From: a virus
Lineage: Duplodnaviria > Caudoviricetes
Virus record (IMG/VR): IMGVR_UViG_3300033073_001448
Coordinates: 1-64,000 of that record
DNA: 64,000 nucleotides
Reading direction: 5' to 3' (one strand)
The position numbers and the translations under genes were made by a program. The notes under the pieces are model-generated. The model searched no databases and was not told the DNA's origin. It was given only the letters and a program-made list of their open reading frames with translations. This document shows, one piece after another, positions 40,059 to 49,177 of the stretch. How positions within the stretch are numbered: position 1 is the stretch's first letter; every line of letters starts with the position of its first letter.

Positions 40059-40618
40059 ATCAAAATATCATAGACAGCTTAAAAGCATTTGATTGGCAAA
40101 AAATTATTGACTATGCCAACAGCCTCGATGACCTCAATGATGCACAACTTAGATTTGTCAAAGGTCTTGCAATAGAACTAGCCATTGAGCAACTAAGCAA
40201 CACAGACCTAACTTATGTAGGATTACCGCACCAAGACTATGTTTGGCCAAGTCAAGGCAACATCAGCGTAGAACTCAAAAGCGTAGTCAGTCATAAAATG
40301 TACGATCGCAAAGGGCAGATAAAAAACACACTGCCTGGTATCAGACTCAGCAACAGTATTGGGACAAATAAAACAAAAACATTAGACCCTACCAAAATTT
40401 CTGATCTACTGCTGGTGGTCCTACAAAATGGCGCATTTGCTGTGCCCAAGCAAACTGTAATATCCAAAGCCACACATTCTGGAGATGGCTGGTATCTTGA
40501 AGTTAACAAAACGGACCTAGTTGAGCTGTCGGGGTGCGTGACCAAAAAAGAAGACTATCAAACTAAGTTAAGCGAAAGTATTAAAGGAGCGATCAAAGAT
40601 TCGTTGTCAGGGATCTAA
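40055..40618 (+). CDS. PD-(D/E)xK nuclease-like protein
   Basis: GLAIE...QDY...SVELKS. Confidence 0.5.
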   Translation: MNQNIIDSLKAFDWQKIIDYANSLDDLNDAQLRFVKGLAIELAIEQLSNTDLTYVGLPHQDYVWPSQGNISVELKSVVSHKMYDRKGQIKNTLPGIRLSNSIGTNKTKTLDPTKISDLLLVVLQNGAFAVPKQTVISKATHSGDGWYLEVNKTDLVELSGCVTKKEDYQTKLSESIKGAIKDSLSGI

Positions 40619-40627
40619 CCAAAATTG

Positions 40628-40656
40628 TTGACCTCAAATTAGAGTTACAGTATAAT
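40628..40656 (+). promoter_or_regulatory. sigma70 promoter
   Basis: TTGACC-17-TATAAT. Confidence 0.75.
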
Positions 40657-40705
40657 CAAAGGGTAGCGTAACAACTACGTATCAAAATTTAACTTGGAGA
40701 AGCAT

Positions 40706-41827
40706 ATGATAAAGCGAATTTCGCGCTCACTGTCAGATGTTGCTGATGAAATTCTTGACAAACTCAAGAACGAGCACGGCGTCACTGACCAACAACTCAA
40801 GCAACTGCGTAGTCGCGTAGTTAACTCAGGATATCGTTTCCCCTTAGGGGGCATCAAAGTACCAGTATCGGTCATTTGGATCGACTATGAAGTACAACGT
40901 GACGTCATTATCAAAACAATTTTGGCTTTGTTAGCAAAGTGGGACAACCGCATTTGTCAACCGGCTGCATGTAACACTTATCCAGATTTGGTCGAAATCT
41001 GTGACACTGTTAAGCATATCTATAAGTTCAAGCGACTGTTTGTATATGACGCCCAGCATCGCTGTGTAACTTTGGCCATTCTTGGTTTCAAAGAAATCAA
41101 TGTCACTGTGGTTGTCGATGATGATCCTAAATTCCCCAGTTACGCATTTCGAACCAGTAACAGCGTGGTTAAAAAAATTGGCAAGCCTGATTTTCACCGC
41201 AACAACATTCGTCTTTATACCTTGGGTGTACACGACGAAGAAACCATTCCTGCCTACAATCTACAGGAACAGTTCAATCGTCTCAAGATTGACTTTGTAG
41301 AACACCCGGATAAAATTCCAGCGGCAGAGCGTCAAGACTTCTACATGAGTCACTTTGACTATGCATACAAGCCCATGGGCGCAGACAAAACTGGCAAAGT
41401 AGCCGGACAAATCCTAGAAGCCATTATCAAGACTTGGCCCAAGCAATCCAAGGTTCAGAACGGTATCTATATCGGACTGTATCACATGAACACTGTAGTA
41501 AACAGTCTTGGCAAGAAGTTTCCCCGAGATTGGATGCTACAAGTATGCCGCGGTGTAGCCCAGAGTTTCGACAACAGTGAACATGTTGAGGCTGCGGCCA
41601 GCCGACATTCCAAATGGATCAGCCGCACTAAGACTTGGAACGTTCCTGAGTGTATGTTCAAGTTCATGCGCGAAGTGTACAAACTCAATGGTGGTACTTT
41701 GCCCATTCCCAGCGACGGTGAAGATTTTGAACTTCACAAAGGTCTTTGGGTTGACGCCGCACTGATTCCTAATCATGCACACCTTTATCGTGAACAAGTT
41801 GAAGACGACGAGGAGGTCACAGCATGA
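40706..41827 (+). CDS. ParB/Srx-fold (DGQHR-like) protein
   Basis: YEVQR and VYDAQHR motifs. Confidence 0.65.
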   Translation: MIKRISRSLSDVADEILDKLKNEHGVTDQQLKQLRSRVVNSGYRFPLGGIKVPVSVIWIDYEVQRDVIIKTILALLAKWDNRICQPAACNTYPDLVEICDTVKHIYKFKRLFVYDAQHRCVTLAILGFKEINVTVVVDDDPKFPSYAFRTSNSVVKKIGKPDFHRNNIRLYTLGVHDEETIPAYNLQEQFNRLKIDFVEHPDKIPAAERQDFYMSHFDYAYKPMGADKTGKVAGQILEAIIKTWPKQSKVQNGIYIGLYHMNTVVNSLGKKFPRDWMLQVCRGVAQSFDNSEHVEAAASRHSKWISRTKTWNVPECMFKFMREVYKLNGGTLPIPSDGEDFELHKGLWVDAALIPNHAHLYREQVEDDEEVTA

Positions 41828-42390
41828 GTTACGAGTCGCTCAAAGAAGCCGTAGAAGGTTTTGAAGAAATCAACTATCGCCAAGTCATGGTTGAACGCAA
41901 CGAAGCGGCATATCGTATCACCGAAGAATTTATTCGAGCCGAAGTGTCACGTTTAGTTGAAATGTATCAAAATCTCACTGTGCTAGATCAACGTGCTCGT
42001 TTGATACGAGATGGTATTGATTTGTATCTGCGTCGTGGCCACGGATATGCCATTGAAGGACGAATTGGATCTCACTACCGAGAAGTGGGAGTAGATCCAG
42101 ACAACTGTATCTTCGAGCACATGATTCCGCAGAGTCGTATCCGTGACTTATTGATCCAAGATCGTATTTCTCTCAAACAAGCAATGAATCCACCGACTTG
42201 CTTGATCAGCAAATCTAACGATGTGTTATTGAGCAAAAGTGGGTTCAATAACAAGACTCCAAGTTACTGGCATTTTTTTGATCGTTATACCGGAGTGTTT
42301 CAGTCGCAGTACGAAACATTCAACGGTCAAAAAATAGTAGACCCACATAATTGGACATTAGGCCGTCATTACGAATTTTTTGGGATATAA
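41824..42390 (+). CDS. putative His-Me finger (HNH-like) nuclease
   Basis: FEHMIPQ followed by CLISKSND; ATGA-coupled to the ParB-like gene. Confidence 0.5.
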   Translation: MSYESLKEAVEGFEEINYRQVMVERNEAAYRITEEFIRAEVSRLVEMYQNLTVLDQRARLIRDGIDLYLRRGHGYAIEGRIGSHYREVGVDPDNCIFEHMIPQSRIRDLLIQDRISLKQAMNPPTCLISKSNDVLLSKSGFNNKTPSYWHFFDRYTGVFQSQYETFNGQKIVDPHNWTLGRHYEFFGI

Positions 42391-42391
42391 C

Positions 42392-42640
42392 ATGAGCATC
42401 CTGCAACTCAATTCAAGACCATGGACAGTTTTTGATCCTGCCAACAAAGAACATCGGCGTTGGTACAACGAATTTGTACAGCATCGAACCTGGGGCCGTT
42501 GTCCTTACAAATTCATTATTCCTGACGACTCTGGAGACTTGATCACCATGTGCCAGCGAAGTTTGGTCAAGTACTATGTAGAGCATGAGTTCAAAAATGT
42601 GGCAAAAATCCCACGTGTTAAAAAAGTAGTACGCAAGTAG
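42392..42640 (+). CDS. hypothetical protein
   Basis: FDPANKEHR..Y..F.....WG.CP..F. Confidence 0.7.
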   Translation: MSILQLNSRPWTVFDPANKEHRRWYNEFVQHRTWGRCPYKFIIPDDSGDLITMCQRSLVKYYVEHEFKNVAKIPRVKKVVRK

Positions 42641-42715
42641 TACTTTTTGTGGTTGACCAAAAATTCACCATTTGCTATAATAATGACATACTGAAACACA
42701 AAGGAGCCCCAAATG
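42626..42715 (+). promoter_or_regulatory. GTANTAC dyad + early promoter + RBS cassette
   Basis: GTAGTAC-4-GTAGTAC, TTGACC-17-TATAAT, AAGGAG. Confidence 0.85.
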
Positions 42716-42997
42716 AGTACCGCGATTTACAATGCACTGACCGAGCAAGAACGTCGAGAGGTGCGAATGTATGGTTGCACCGAAGCCCAGATGCGTGAAG
42801 CAGTGGAGCAGAGCATTACCTTTCGCTTTTCGGGTCCGGCTATGATGGCCGCAAGCCTCATGAGCGACTGCCAAGAAATGGTGGGCTATGGCCCCTATGA
42901 CGGTGACACCCTGGCCAATATTCTGGAAGACCAGCGCCAGTGTCTCAACCGCGCCAAGTGGATTTTGTTCAACTATTGCATGAAAGGCCAAGAATGA
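42713..42997 (+). CDS. early hypothetical protein
   Basis: RMYGC, SDCQE, RQCLNRAK. Confidence 0.75.
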   Translation: MSTAIYNALTEQERREVRMYGCTEAQMREAVEQSITFRFSGPAMMAASLMSDCQEMVGYGPYDGDTLANILEDQRQCLNRAKWILFNYCMKGQE

Positions 42998-43197
42998 GCA
43001 CCCTGGCAGAACAAGTGTTTGGTCTCAACCCCGGCATCCAATCAGAAGATGCAGTGATTGGCCTGGGCTTTGATTGCATGCGAGTGCAACACGGCATCAA
43101 GTCTGCTCGTTATAGTTTTTGGTATAACGAAGATTTTGCCGCAGATTTTGTCAGTGAATATCGTTGGCTTCAACAGAACTCAAAGGAGAAAGCATAA
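42994..43197 (+). CDS. hypothetical protein
   Basis: ATGA coupling. Confidence 0.65.
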   Translation: MSTLAEQVFGLNPGIQSEDAVIGLGFDCMRVQHGIKSARYSFWYNEDFAADFVSEYRWLQQNSKEKA

Positions 43198-43658
43198 TGG
43201 GAACTCGTAGTCGTATTGGTGTGATGCATGGTGACAAACTCAAGTCTGTGTATTGCCATTGGGATGGTTATCTGGATCACAACGGCCGTATCCTGCTGGA
43301 ATATTATAACTCTGCCAAGGCCAACCAACTGGTAGCCCTGGGCGACCTCTCCAGCCTGGGCGAAGAAATCGGCGAGAAGCACGGATTTGATGACCGCTCT
43401 AACCCCAACTGGTGCACCTTCTACGGACGTGACCGCGGCGAGACCGGCACTGAGTGGACTTGCCATGAGGACTTCCAAAGTTTCCTGGAGCACTGTGACT
43501 CCTGCGGCGCTGAGTATTACTACATCATGCGGGACGGTGTTTGGTATTGCGGCACTACCTACGACGGGCATGCTATGTCCAGCAAATTGGCGGTCTTGGC
43601 AGAAGCCTTGGCAGACCACGACATTGAGCAGGCTGAAGAACAAAATGAGCCAGCGTGA
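43197..43658 (+). CDS. conserved phage hypothetical protein
   Basis: MGTRSRIG, YCHWDGY, GDLSSL, YGRDRGE, EYYY. Confidence 0.8.
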   Translation: MGTRSRIGVMHGDKLKSVYCHWDGYLDHNGRILLEYYNSAKANQLVALGDLSSLGEEIGEKHGFDDRSNPNWCTFYGRDRGETGTEWTCHEDFQSFLEHCDSCGAEYYYIMRDGVWYCGTTYDGHAMSSKLAVLAEALADHDIEQAEEQNEPA

Positions 43659-43899
43659 TTTTCTCAACCGCGAACTGGCCCTGGATGACTATGTGGTTTT
43701 TCCAGGTGCCTACAACGGTGGCATGAAACTGGGCCGGATCATCAAGTTCACACCCAAGAATGTCAAGATTGAACACCCTGGAATAAACTGGAGGAACAAC
43801 AGTCACATGATCACTACCTTGCGAGCAGCCAATCAATGTGTGCGTGTGGAAGGCCCGGATCTAACTTTCTTCTTGTTGTCAAAAGGAAATCAAGGATGA
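43645..43899 (+). CDS. hypothetical SH3-like protein
   Basis: DFLNREL..DD.VV, G.IIKFTPK.V. Confidence 0.65.
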   Translation: MSQRDFLNRELALDDYVVFPGAYNGGMKLGRIIKFTPKNVKIEHPGINWRNNSHMITTLRAANQCVRVEGPDLTFFLLSKGNQG

Positions 43900-44102
43900 A
43901 CAAACGAATTAAAGAACTTGCTCTACAGGCTGGAGCACAAGGTATTGTCAATCGAGACTTTATTAATATTGAAAAGTTTGCTGAGTTGATTGTTCAGGAA
44001 TGTGCCAAGGTATCTGAACGAACAGGTGCCTTAAACGAAGCCGATTATGAAGGCGAGATGATTGCTGATGCCATCAAAGAACATTTCGGAGTTCGAGAAT
44101 GA
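43896..44102 (+). CDS. hypothetical protein
   Basis: MNKRIKELA, EKFAELIV.EC, IKEHFGV phage family. Confidence 0.75.
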   Translation: MNKRIKELALQAGAQGIVNRDFINIEKFAELIVQECAKVSERTGALNEADYEGEMIADAIKEHFGVRE

Positions 44103-44221
44103 CCGAAGGTGACCGGGCTGGTTGGTGGGCAATTGCGTATCTACTTATGGTAGGTGCGGCCGCTTACTTTACCATGTTTATGGTTGTTTTTAGTTTTATT
44201 AAAAGAATGTTTTGGAGTTGA
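44099..44221 (+). CDS. small membrane protein (40 aa)
   Basis: ATGA coupling, single TM. Confidence 0.5.
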   Translation: MTEGDRAGWWAIAYLLMVGAAAYFTMFMVVFSFIKRMFWS

Positions 44222-44224
44222 ATC

Positions 44225-44623
44225 GTGAGCGGCTACTCAACCTACCTACGCCTACAACGCATTGAAGAGCAGGCCAAACTGCTGGGCTTTCGTTTAGGTA
44301 ACCCCAAGCATGGCCATTGGAGTAGTTCCAACGAAGGCTCTGACCAGGTCACCCTTTACCCCAACGGTGAGGCACTGCCAACCTTTAACCGCGAGGCCGA
44401 TATCTTTACTGGCTCGTTCCGTGACTGTGAAATCTTCATGATGGGCTGGGTTCGTGCTCAACAATACGACATGATTCTGCGTCTTAGCGATGAGAAAAAG
44501 CGTAAAAAATACGAGGACCGAGAACGTGCTCGTCAAGCAGAGCGAAAAAAGCGAGCAGAGCAAGCAGAAATGTTAAAAGTACTAAAGGCAACCGATGCTG
44601 AAAATCAAGGCAAAAAGCCATAA
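44225..44623 (+). CDS. hypothetical protein
   Basis: GGAG SD, GTG start. Confidence 0.7.
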   Translation: MSGYSTYLRLQRIEEQAKLLGFRLGNPKHGHWSSSNEGSDQVTLYPNGEALPTFNREADIFTGSFRDCEIFMMGWVRAQQYDMILRLSDEKKRKKYEDRERARQAERKKRAEQAEMLKVLKATDAENQGKKP

Positions 44624-44630
44624 ATACAAC

Positions 44631-44804
44631 ATGCGTATAAATGAAGTTCAACAACCATCAGACAAAACTCTGTTTGAAAGCATCGATGCCGAAAACAATA
44701 CTGGATATTTAACTGAGGATCTGGTGCGTGTGGTACGTGCCGCTGAATCTAATCAGTGGTCCGCGCCCATGACTGCTCAAGACCTCTTGGAGAGTTTAAA
44801 ATGA
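44631..44804 (+). CDS. putative antitoxin (acidic, 57 aa)
   Basis: TAAATA 4 nt upstream; coupled to toxin-like gene; C-terminal MTAQDLLESL resembles RelB/DinJ tails. Confidence 0.55.
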   Translation: MRINEVQQPSDKTLFESIDAENNTGYLTEDLVRVVRAAESNQWSAPMTAQDLLESLK

Positions 44805-45172
44805 CTGTGCGGTTCACAATGAGCCCACTGTTTAAAGAAACCTATGCTAGGCATGCCAGGGGAGCTCCTGGTCTGGCTGCAAAATTTGACGCATTTATTT
44901 CCGCCAAAACGCAAGCGCCAATTCAGCAATTTGGCAAAAACGATACTCTGTTGATCAGTACTGGCCCTTTGGGTCGTTCAGTTCCTGGATTGAGACACGC
45001 ACACCTGTCACAGGACCTATCAGTATTTTACACCATTGAAGGCAGGAACCCTACCTTGATCAAACTCTACGGAATTTTTAGTCACAAAGAATCCGGTACA
45101 AGCAACAATGCCAACATCAAAGTCCAAAAAAATCTAGGGCAACAACTGTCAAATCAGGTGTTTACAGATTAA
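44801..45172 (+). CDS. RelE/YafQ-like mRNA interferase
   Basis: SPLFKE, LRHAHLSQDLSVFY, LIKLYGIFSHKE resemble the YafQ pattern. Confidence 0.65.
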   Translation: MTVRFTMSPLFKETYARHARGAPGLAAKFDAFISAKTQAPIQQFGKNDTLLISTGPLGRSVPGLRHAHLSQDLSVFYTIEGRNPTLIKLYGIFSHKESGTSNNANIKVQKNLGQQLSNQVFTD

Positions 45173-45179
45173 ACCCAAA

Positions 45180-45281
45180 GTATTACAAAACCCTGGTAGT
45201 ACCAGGGTTATTTTTTTGGTTGACCAGAATTTACCGATTTGCTATAATAATGACATGTTGAAACAAAAGGAGAGTCAGATG
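45180..45281 (+). promoter_or_regulatory. GTANTAC sites + early promoter + RBS cassette
   Basis: GTATTAC, palindrome AACCCTGGTAGTACCAGGGTT, TTGACC-17-TATAAT, AAGGAG. Confidence 0.8.
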
Positions 45282-45755
45282 TCCCAAGCAACTCGTCAAC
45301 GTCATTATGGTGCCGATGGTGAAGTCAAGTTTGTTCCGCATCGCAACCTCTACGTGGGGTTCTGGGGTGGCAAGGTTCGGGTGACCAAACGCACTGCTGA
45401 AGCCTGTGCTGAATTTCTGGCTCGCACATATAGTAGCACTGTGGTTGCCAAAGCCGCCCGGCCCGTGGTTGCCAAGCCTGCAAAACCTGTGGTTGGTGCA
45501 GAACTGCAAGAGTTTGTGGATCGTCAAAACGCCATGGCTCGAGCATTCAAATCCAGTGTGTTCACCTTGGACACTGCTGACGGTCGTCAACACATTGCAG
45601 ACTCCATTGACGCCGCACTGAGCCCTGAAAATCTCACTTGCGATGGCGAACTGCCTCGTGCCACTGTGCAGGCCAAATATCGCGGTCTCACCCGTGCCGC
45701 CAAGCAACTGCTGGCGCTGGACCCCACTGTGAAGTTTTACGAATTTTCGGAGTAA
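45279..45755 (+). CDS. early hypothetical protein
   Basis: LSPENLTCDGE motif. Confidence 0.8.
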   Translation: MSQATRQRHYGADGEVKFVPHRNLYVGFWGGKVRVTKRTAEACAEFLARTYSSTVVAKAARPVVAKPAKPVVGAELQEFVDRQNAMARAFKSSVFTLDTADGRQHIADSIDAALSPENLTCDGELPRATVQAKYRGLTRAAKQLLALDPTVKFYEFSE

Positions 45756-45758
45756 ATT

Positions 45759-46022
45759 ATGAGCATCGAAATTGAATACAACTTGACCAGCAACTCAGTG
45801 CCTGATTATGCCATGTATACCGAACTTGGCAATGCTGGCGTGCATGGCATTGTGGTTGCGGCTCGTGCCAAGCAACTGACCTGGCGTCAAACACTGGCCG
45901 CCCTACGTGAACTGGCCGACAGCAACTCTGATGTTTTTGGCGAAGCCATGGACACCATGGTTCGCGAGTATGTATATGATGCCATTGGTGCCGGTCGCCG
46001 TGGTGAAGACTTTTACGTGTAA
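45759..46022 (+). CDS. hypothetical protein
   Basis: YAMYTELGN, EAMDTMVRE. Confidence 0.75.
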   Translation: MSIEIEYNLTSNSVPDYAMYTELGNAGVHGIVVAARAKQLTWRQTLAALRELADSNSDVFGEAMDTMVREYVYDAIGAGRRGEDFYV

Positions 46023-46108
46023 TACTTAGGTACTACTTTTAAAACGGTTGACCAAAAATTTCCAATTTGTTATAATATAGGTATAGTGAACAATAAGGAG
46101 CCGATATG
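46019..46108 (+). promoter_or_regulatory. GTANTAC dyad + early promoter + RBS cassette
   Basis: GTAATAC-4-GTACTAC, TTGACC-17-TATAAT, TAAGGAG. Confidence 0.85.
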
Positions 46109-46879
46109 CCTGGATTTGTAGATGTTACTGGTTGGACCAGCGAAGAAGTGCGCCGCTTGGGGCATGCTGATGACTACGATGATGTAGATCAGCCCCGTCG
46201 CGGTCGCCGCAGTTATAGCCGGCCCGTGGGCACAAAGTATACAGCCGCTGACGTCTGGGCCGCCGCGGCTGCCGCACATCGTGTGAACGATGGCTATGTC
46301 AAGGAAGAAACTTATCACTACGACGAAGCAACCAACACTCGCGTCTTGCTTAAACGCCGCAACCGTGACTTGGTAGCAGAGTTCCTTGCCCAACCCAACA
46401 CCATCCTGCCCCAAGATCGCGAGCAGGGTCAAACAGTTCGTGACTTCCTACAAAAGGATCTAACCTTCCGTGGGCTCAAAGGCCGACTCAACGACTTTGA
46501 CGTGGCCGCAAGCCGTTGTCTTGCCCTGGCAGAATTTGACACAGTTCAGCATCGTTATGAACTGGCAGTGGTAGCATGCCTGCCCAATTCAGCCGCCAAG
46601 CAACAGGTTCGCCAGTCAACAGACGAGCGTATCAAGTTTGCTACAGGTGGCTTGATTGGTCAGCCCGATGACAAGGTCACAGTGAACCTTGAGGTGCTGA
46701 CCAGCACCTGGAGTGCCAACTATGGCATCTACTGGATTCGTGGCATCACGGATCAGGATCAGCCTGTGTTCTTCAGCAACAAAGAAAACTTTGACGCAGG
46801 AACACATCTCACTGTTCGGGGAACGGTAAAGGCCCACAAAGATAACTTTACCCAACTTAACCGTGTGAAGGTGCTGTAA
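46106..46879 (+). CDS. hypothetical protein with C-terminal OB-fold-like domain
   Basis: GTVKAH...TQLNRVK C-terminus. Confidence 0.7.
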   Translation: MPGFVDVTGWTSEEVRRLGHADDYDDVDQPRRGRRSYSRPVGTKYTAADVWAAAAAAHRVNDGYVKEETYHYDEATNTRVLLKRRNRDLVAEFLAQPNTILPQDREQGQTVRDFLQKDLTFRGLKGRLNDFDVAASRCLALAEFDTVQHRYELAVVACLPNSAAKQQVRQSTDERIKFATGGLIGQPDDKVTVNLEVLTSTWSANYGIYWIRGITDQDQPVFFSNKENFDAGTHLTVRGTVKAHKDNFTQLNRVKVL

Positions 46880-47007
46880 TGACCAAGTTTGTTATTGGGT
46901 TCGTGGCTGGTATTGTTGTGGCCACAGTGGGATTCTCGGGCATCACAAAGGTGCTGGATCGAGGCGTTCAAACTATTCAACAACAAACCAAAGAACTTGC
47001 ACAATAA
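46879..47007 (+). CDS. small membrane protein (42 aa)
   Basis: TAATG coupling, hydrophobic N-terminus. Confidence 0.55.
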   Translation: MTKFVIGFVAGIVVATVGFSGITKVLDRGVQTIQQQTKELAQ

Positions 47008-47029
47008 CTGCATTGGCTTTAAATAGACG

Positions 47030-48493
47030 ATGCACCTAAAATGTCTTGACAACGCAGGTCGAACCGCAGATGTTGTGTTGATCACAACACCTTGGGTTAA
47101 CACTAACTTGCCGTTGATGGCCCCTGCTTCTTTGAAGCCTGCCATTGAAATGGCAGGCTATTCTTCTTTTTGTACCGATCTAAATGGTGAGGTCTATAAT
47201 CTTCTACAACAGCACCCGTACCGAGAACAGGTGTTGGAATTTTTCTTTGCAGGCACCACGTGTGACAAGATCAAAGATTGGGTTGAAGATTTTATGAACA
47301 GCACTGTAGATCAAATTTTGCAATTTAATCCAAAGTTTGTTGGTCTGAGCTTGTTTACCTATGCGTCACGGAGTGCCTGTTTTTGGATTTGTGAAAAAAT
47401 AAAGCAACGTCAGCCCGAGATCAAAATCATAGTTGGCGGCGCTGGTTGCTTGGAGTCTTTCACTGGTCCAGGAATATTTGCTGAAGAAATGATAGCTCTA
47501 GGGTTGGTAGATTATCATATACGAGGCGATGGTGAACATGCATTGACTCAGTTACTGTTGGGCAACGATCGGTATCCGGGCATCAACAGCCCAACATGGA
47601 AAGAAATTACCAACGAAGAACTACATCAACTTCCTTGGCCTAATTACGACGATTATGATTTTTCGCAATACGAACGCAAAGTAATTGGTATACACGGCAG
47701 TCGCGGATGTGTGCGAGCTTGTACATTTTGTGACTACATTGAAAATTGGACCAAGTTTCAGTGGCGCACCGCCGAAAGCATATTTGAAGAAATGAAAACG
47801 CAGTACAAAAAATATGGCATGCGTTACTTTAAATTCAACGATACACTGACCAATGGCAATCTCAAAGAATTCAACAAGTTGATTAAATTATTGGCCGACC
47901 ACAACATAGCCAATCCCAACGATCGTTTGCATTGGGGCGGTTACTATATTTTTAGAGAACAGTCAGCCAACGATGACGAAATGTGGAATACTATCAAACA
48001 ATCAGGAGCTTCGTTTTTGGTAGTAGGCATTGAGAATCTCAATGAGGAGATTAGATACCATATTGGCAAAAAGTTCAGCAATGCCAGTATTGATTATCAT
48101 CTTGCCCAGGCCAAAAAACATCGCATAGGCATGCTATTGTTGTTTATTGTGGGCTATGTTACTGAAACTCAGCAACACATTGACTTTAGTAAAAAGTGGC
48201 TAGAGGATCATGTTGAGTTCAAAGATTCTATTCAACTACATTGGGACCAAACCTTGGCTATCTTTCCCAATACGCATTTGCATCGCAACAAAGACCAGTT
48301 AGGCATTAAACTAGGAACCAACCCTCACCTTTGGATCAACATTGAGACTGGGTCCGATCAATCTACCCGCGCTCAATGGATACAAGAGTTAGTAGACAAA
48401 AGTCGAGAGTTAGGCTATAACATCTTAGACAAGGTTGACAATCACTATTATTTAGAGCAGAAATTAAGTGCATTGTCTATGAAAAATCTGTAA
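47030..48493 (+). CDS. B12-binding-domain radical SAM enzyme
   Basis: IIVGGAG, GDGE, SRGCVRACTFC, GIE, IVGY.TE. Confidence 0.88.
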   Translation: MHLKCLDNAGRTADVVLITTPWVNTNLPLMAPASLKPAIEMAGYSSFCTDLNGEVYNLLQQHPYREQVLEFFFAGTTCDKIKDWVEDFMNSTVDQILQFNPKFVGLSLFTYASRSACFWICEKIKQRQPEIKIIVGGAGCLESFTGPGIFAEEMIALGLVDYHIRGDGEHALTQLLLGNDRYPGINSPTWKEITNEELHQLPWPNYDDYDFSQYERKVIGIHGSRGCVRACTFCDYIENWTKFQWRTAESIFEEMKTQYKKYGMRYFKFNDTLTNGNLKEFNKLIKLLADHNIANPNDRLHWGGYYIFREQSANDDEMWNTIKQSGASFLVVGIENLNEEIRYHIGKKFSNASIDYHLAQAKKHRIGMLLLFIVGYVTETQQHIDFSKKWLEDHVEFKDSIQLHWDQTLAIFPNTHLHRNKDQLGIKLGTNPHLWINIETGSDQSTRAQWIQELVDKSRELGYNILDKVDNHYYLEQKLSALSMKNL

Positions 48494-48639
48494 CACTTTG
48501 GTACTACAAAAAATTTACCAAAAGTGGTTGACCATAAAAGGCAGAAGTGTTACAATCTAAACATGTTCGGCAAAAACGAACAAATCGAATCAAAATTATT
48601 GCAAAATTGGTTGACACTAAATCGCAGTTTTGCTATAAT
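48490..48639 (+). promoter_or_regulatory. GTANTAC-like dyad and two tandem sigma70 promoters
   Basis: GTAACAC-4-GTACTAC; TTGACC-17-TACAAT; TTGACA-17-TATAAT. Confidence 0.75.
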
Positions 48640-48707
48640 ATTGATATGTTGAGCAGTAAGGCGCAACATTTTTTCAACCCTGTTAGGCAACTTTGAAAGG
48701 CAACTTT

Positions 48708-49064
48708 ATGTCCGCAGACAAACTTTTTACCGTGGCTGGTACCGCTCGCAACTCCGACGGCACCGTTAAGGCCCGTTTCGCTAATGACTTGGTGGCTCGC
48801 ATCAAGATCCTCAACAAAGCAGGTTGCACCGATGTTAATCTCATCGAACTGCCCCGTGCTATGACCAAACTGGAAGCTCTCCAGTATCTTACCGAGCAAG
48901 GTATCACTGAAGGTGATGCCGGTTTTGCTGTGGCCAATAAACTGGCCGAGAAGGCCAAGGTTGCCAAGAAAGGCGAAGTCAAGGTCAAGGCCACCAAGGC
49001 CAAAGCCAAGACCACCGCTAAGGCCACTATCAAGTCTGATGCTGTTGAAAGCACCAACGCTTAA
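48708..49064 (+). CDS. conserved phage protein with Lys/Ala-rich tail
   Basis: FTVAG, KARFAND, IELP..MTK. Confidence 0.8.
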   Translation: MSADKLFTVAGTARNSDGTVKARFANDLVARIKILNKAGCTDVNLIELPRAMTKLEALQYLTEQGITEGDAGFAVANKLAEKAKVAKKGEVKVKATKAKAKTTAKATIKSDAVESTNA

Positions 49065-49081
49065 ACTATCAGGCTCACAAC

Positions 49082-49110
49082 AGCGGCACCAAGGGTGCCG
49101 CTTTTTCTTT
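49082..49110 (+). terminator. intrinsic terminator
   Basis: AGCGGCACC-AAG-GGTGCCGCT-TTTTCTTT. Confidence 0.85.
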
Positions 49111-49177
49111 GCCCAAAATATTCTGGGCACTAAATACTAGGCTGGAATTATAACAATAAACAGCCTATCTACACCGC

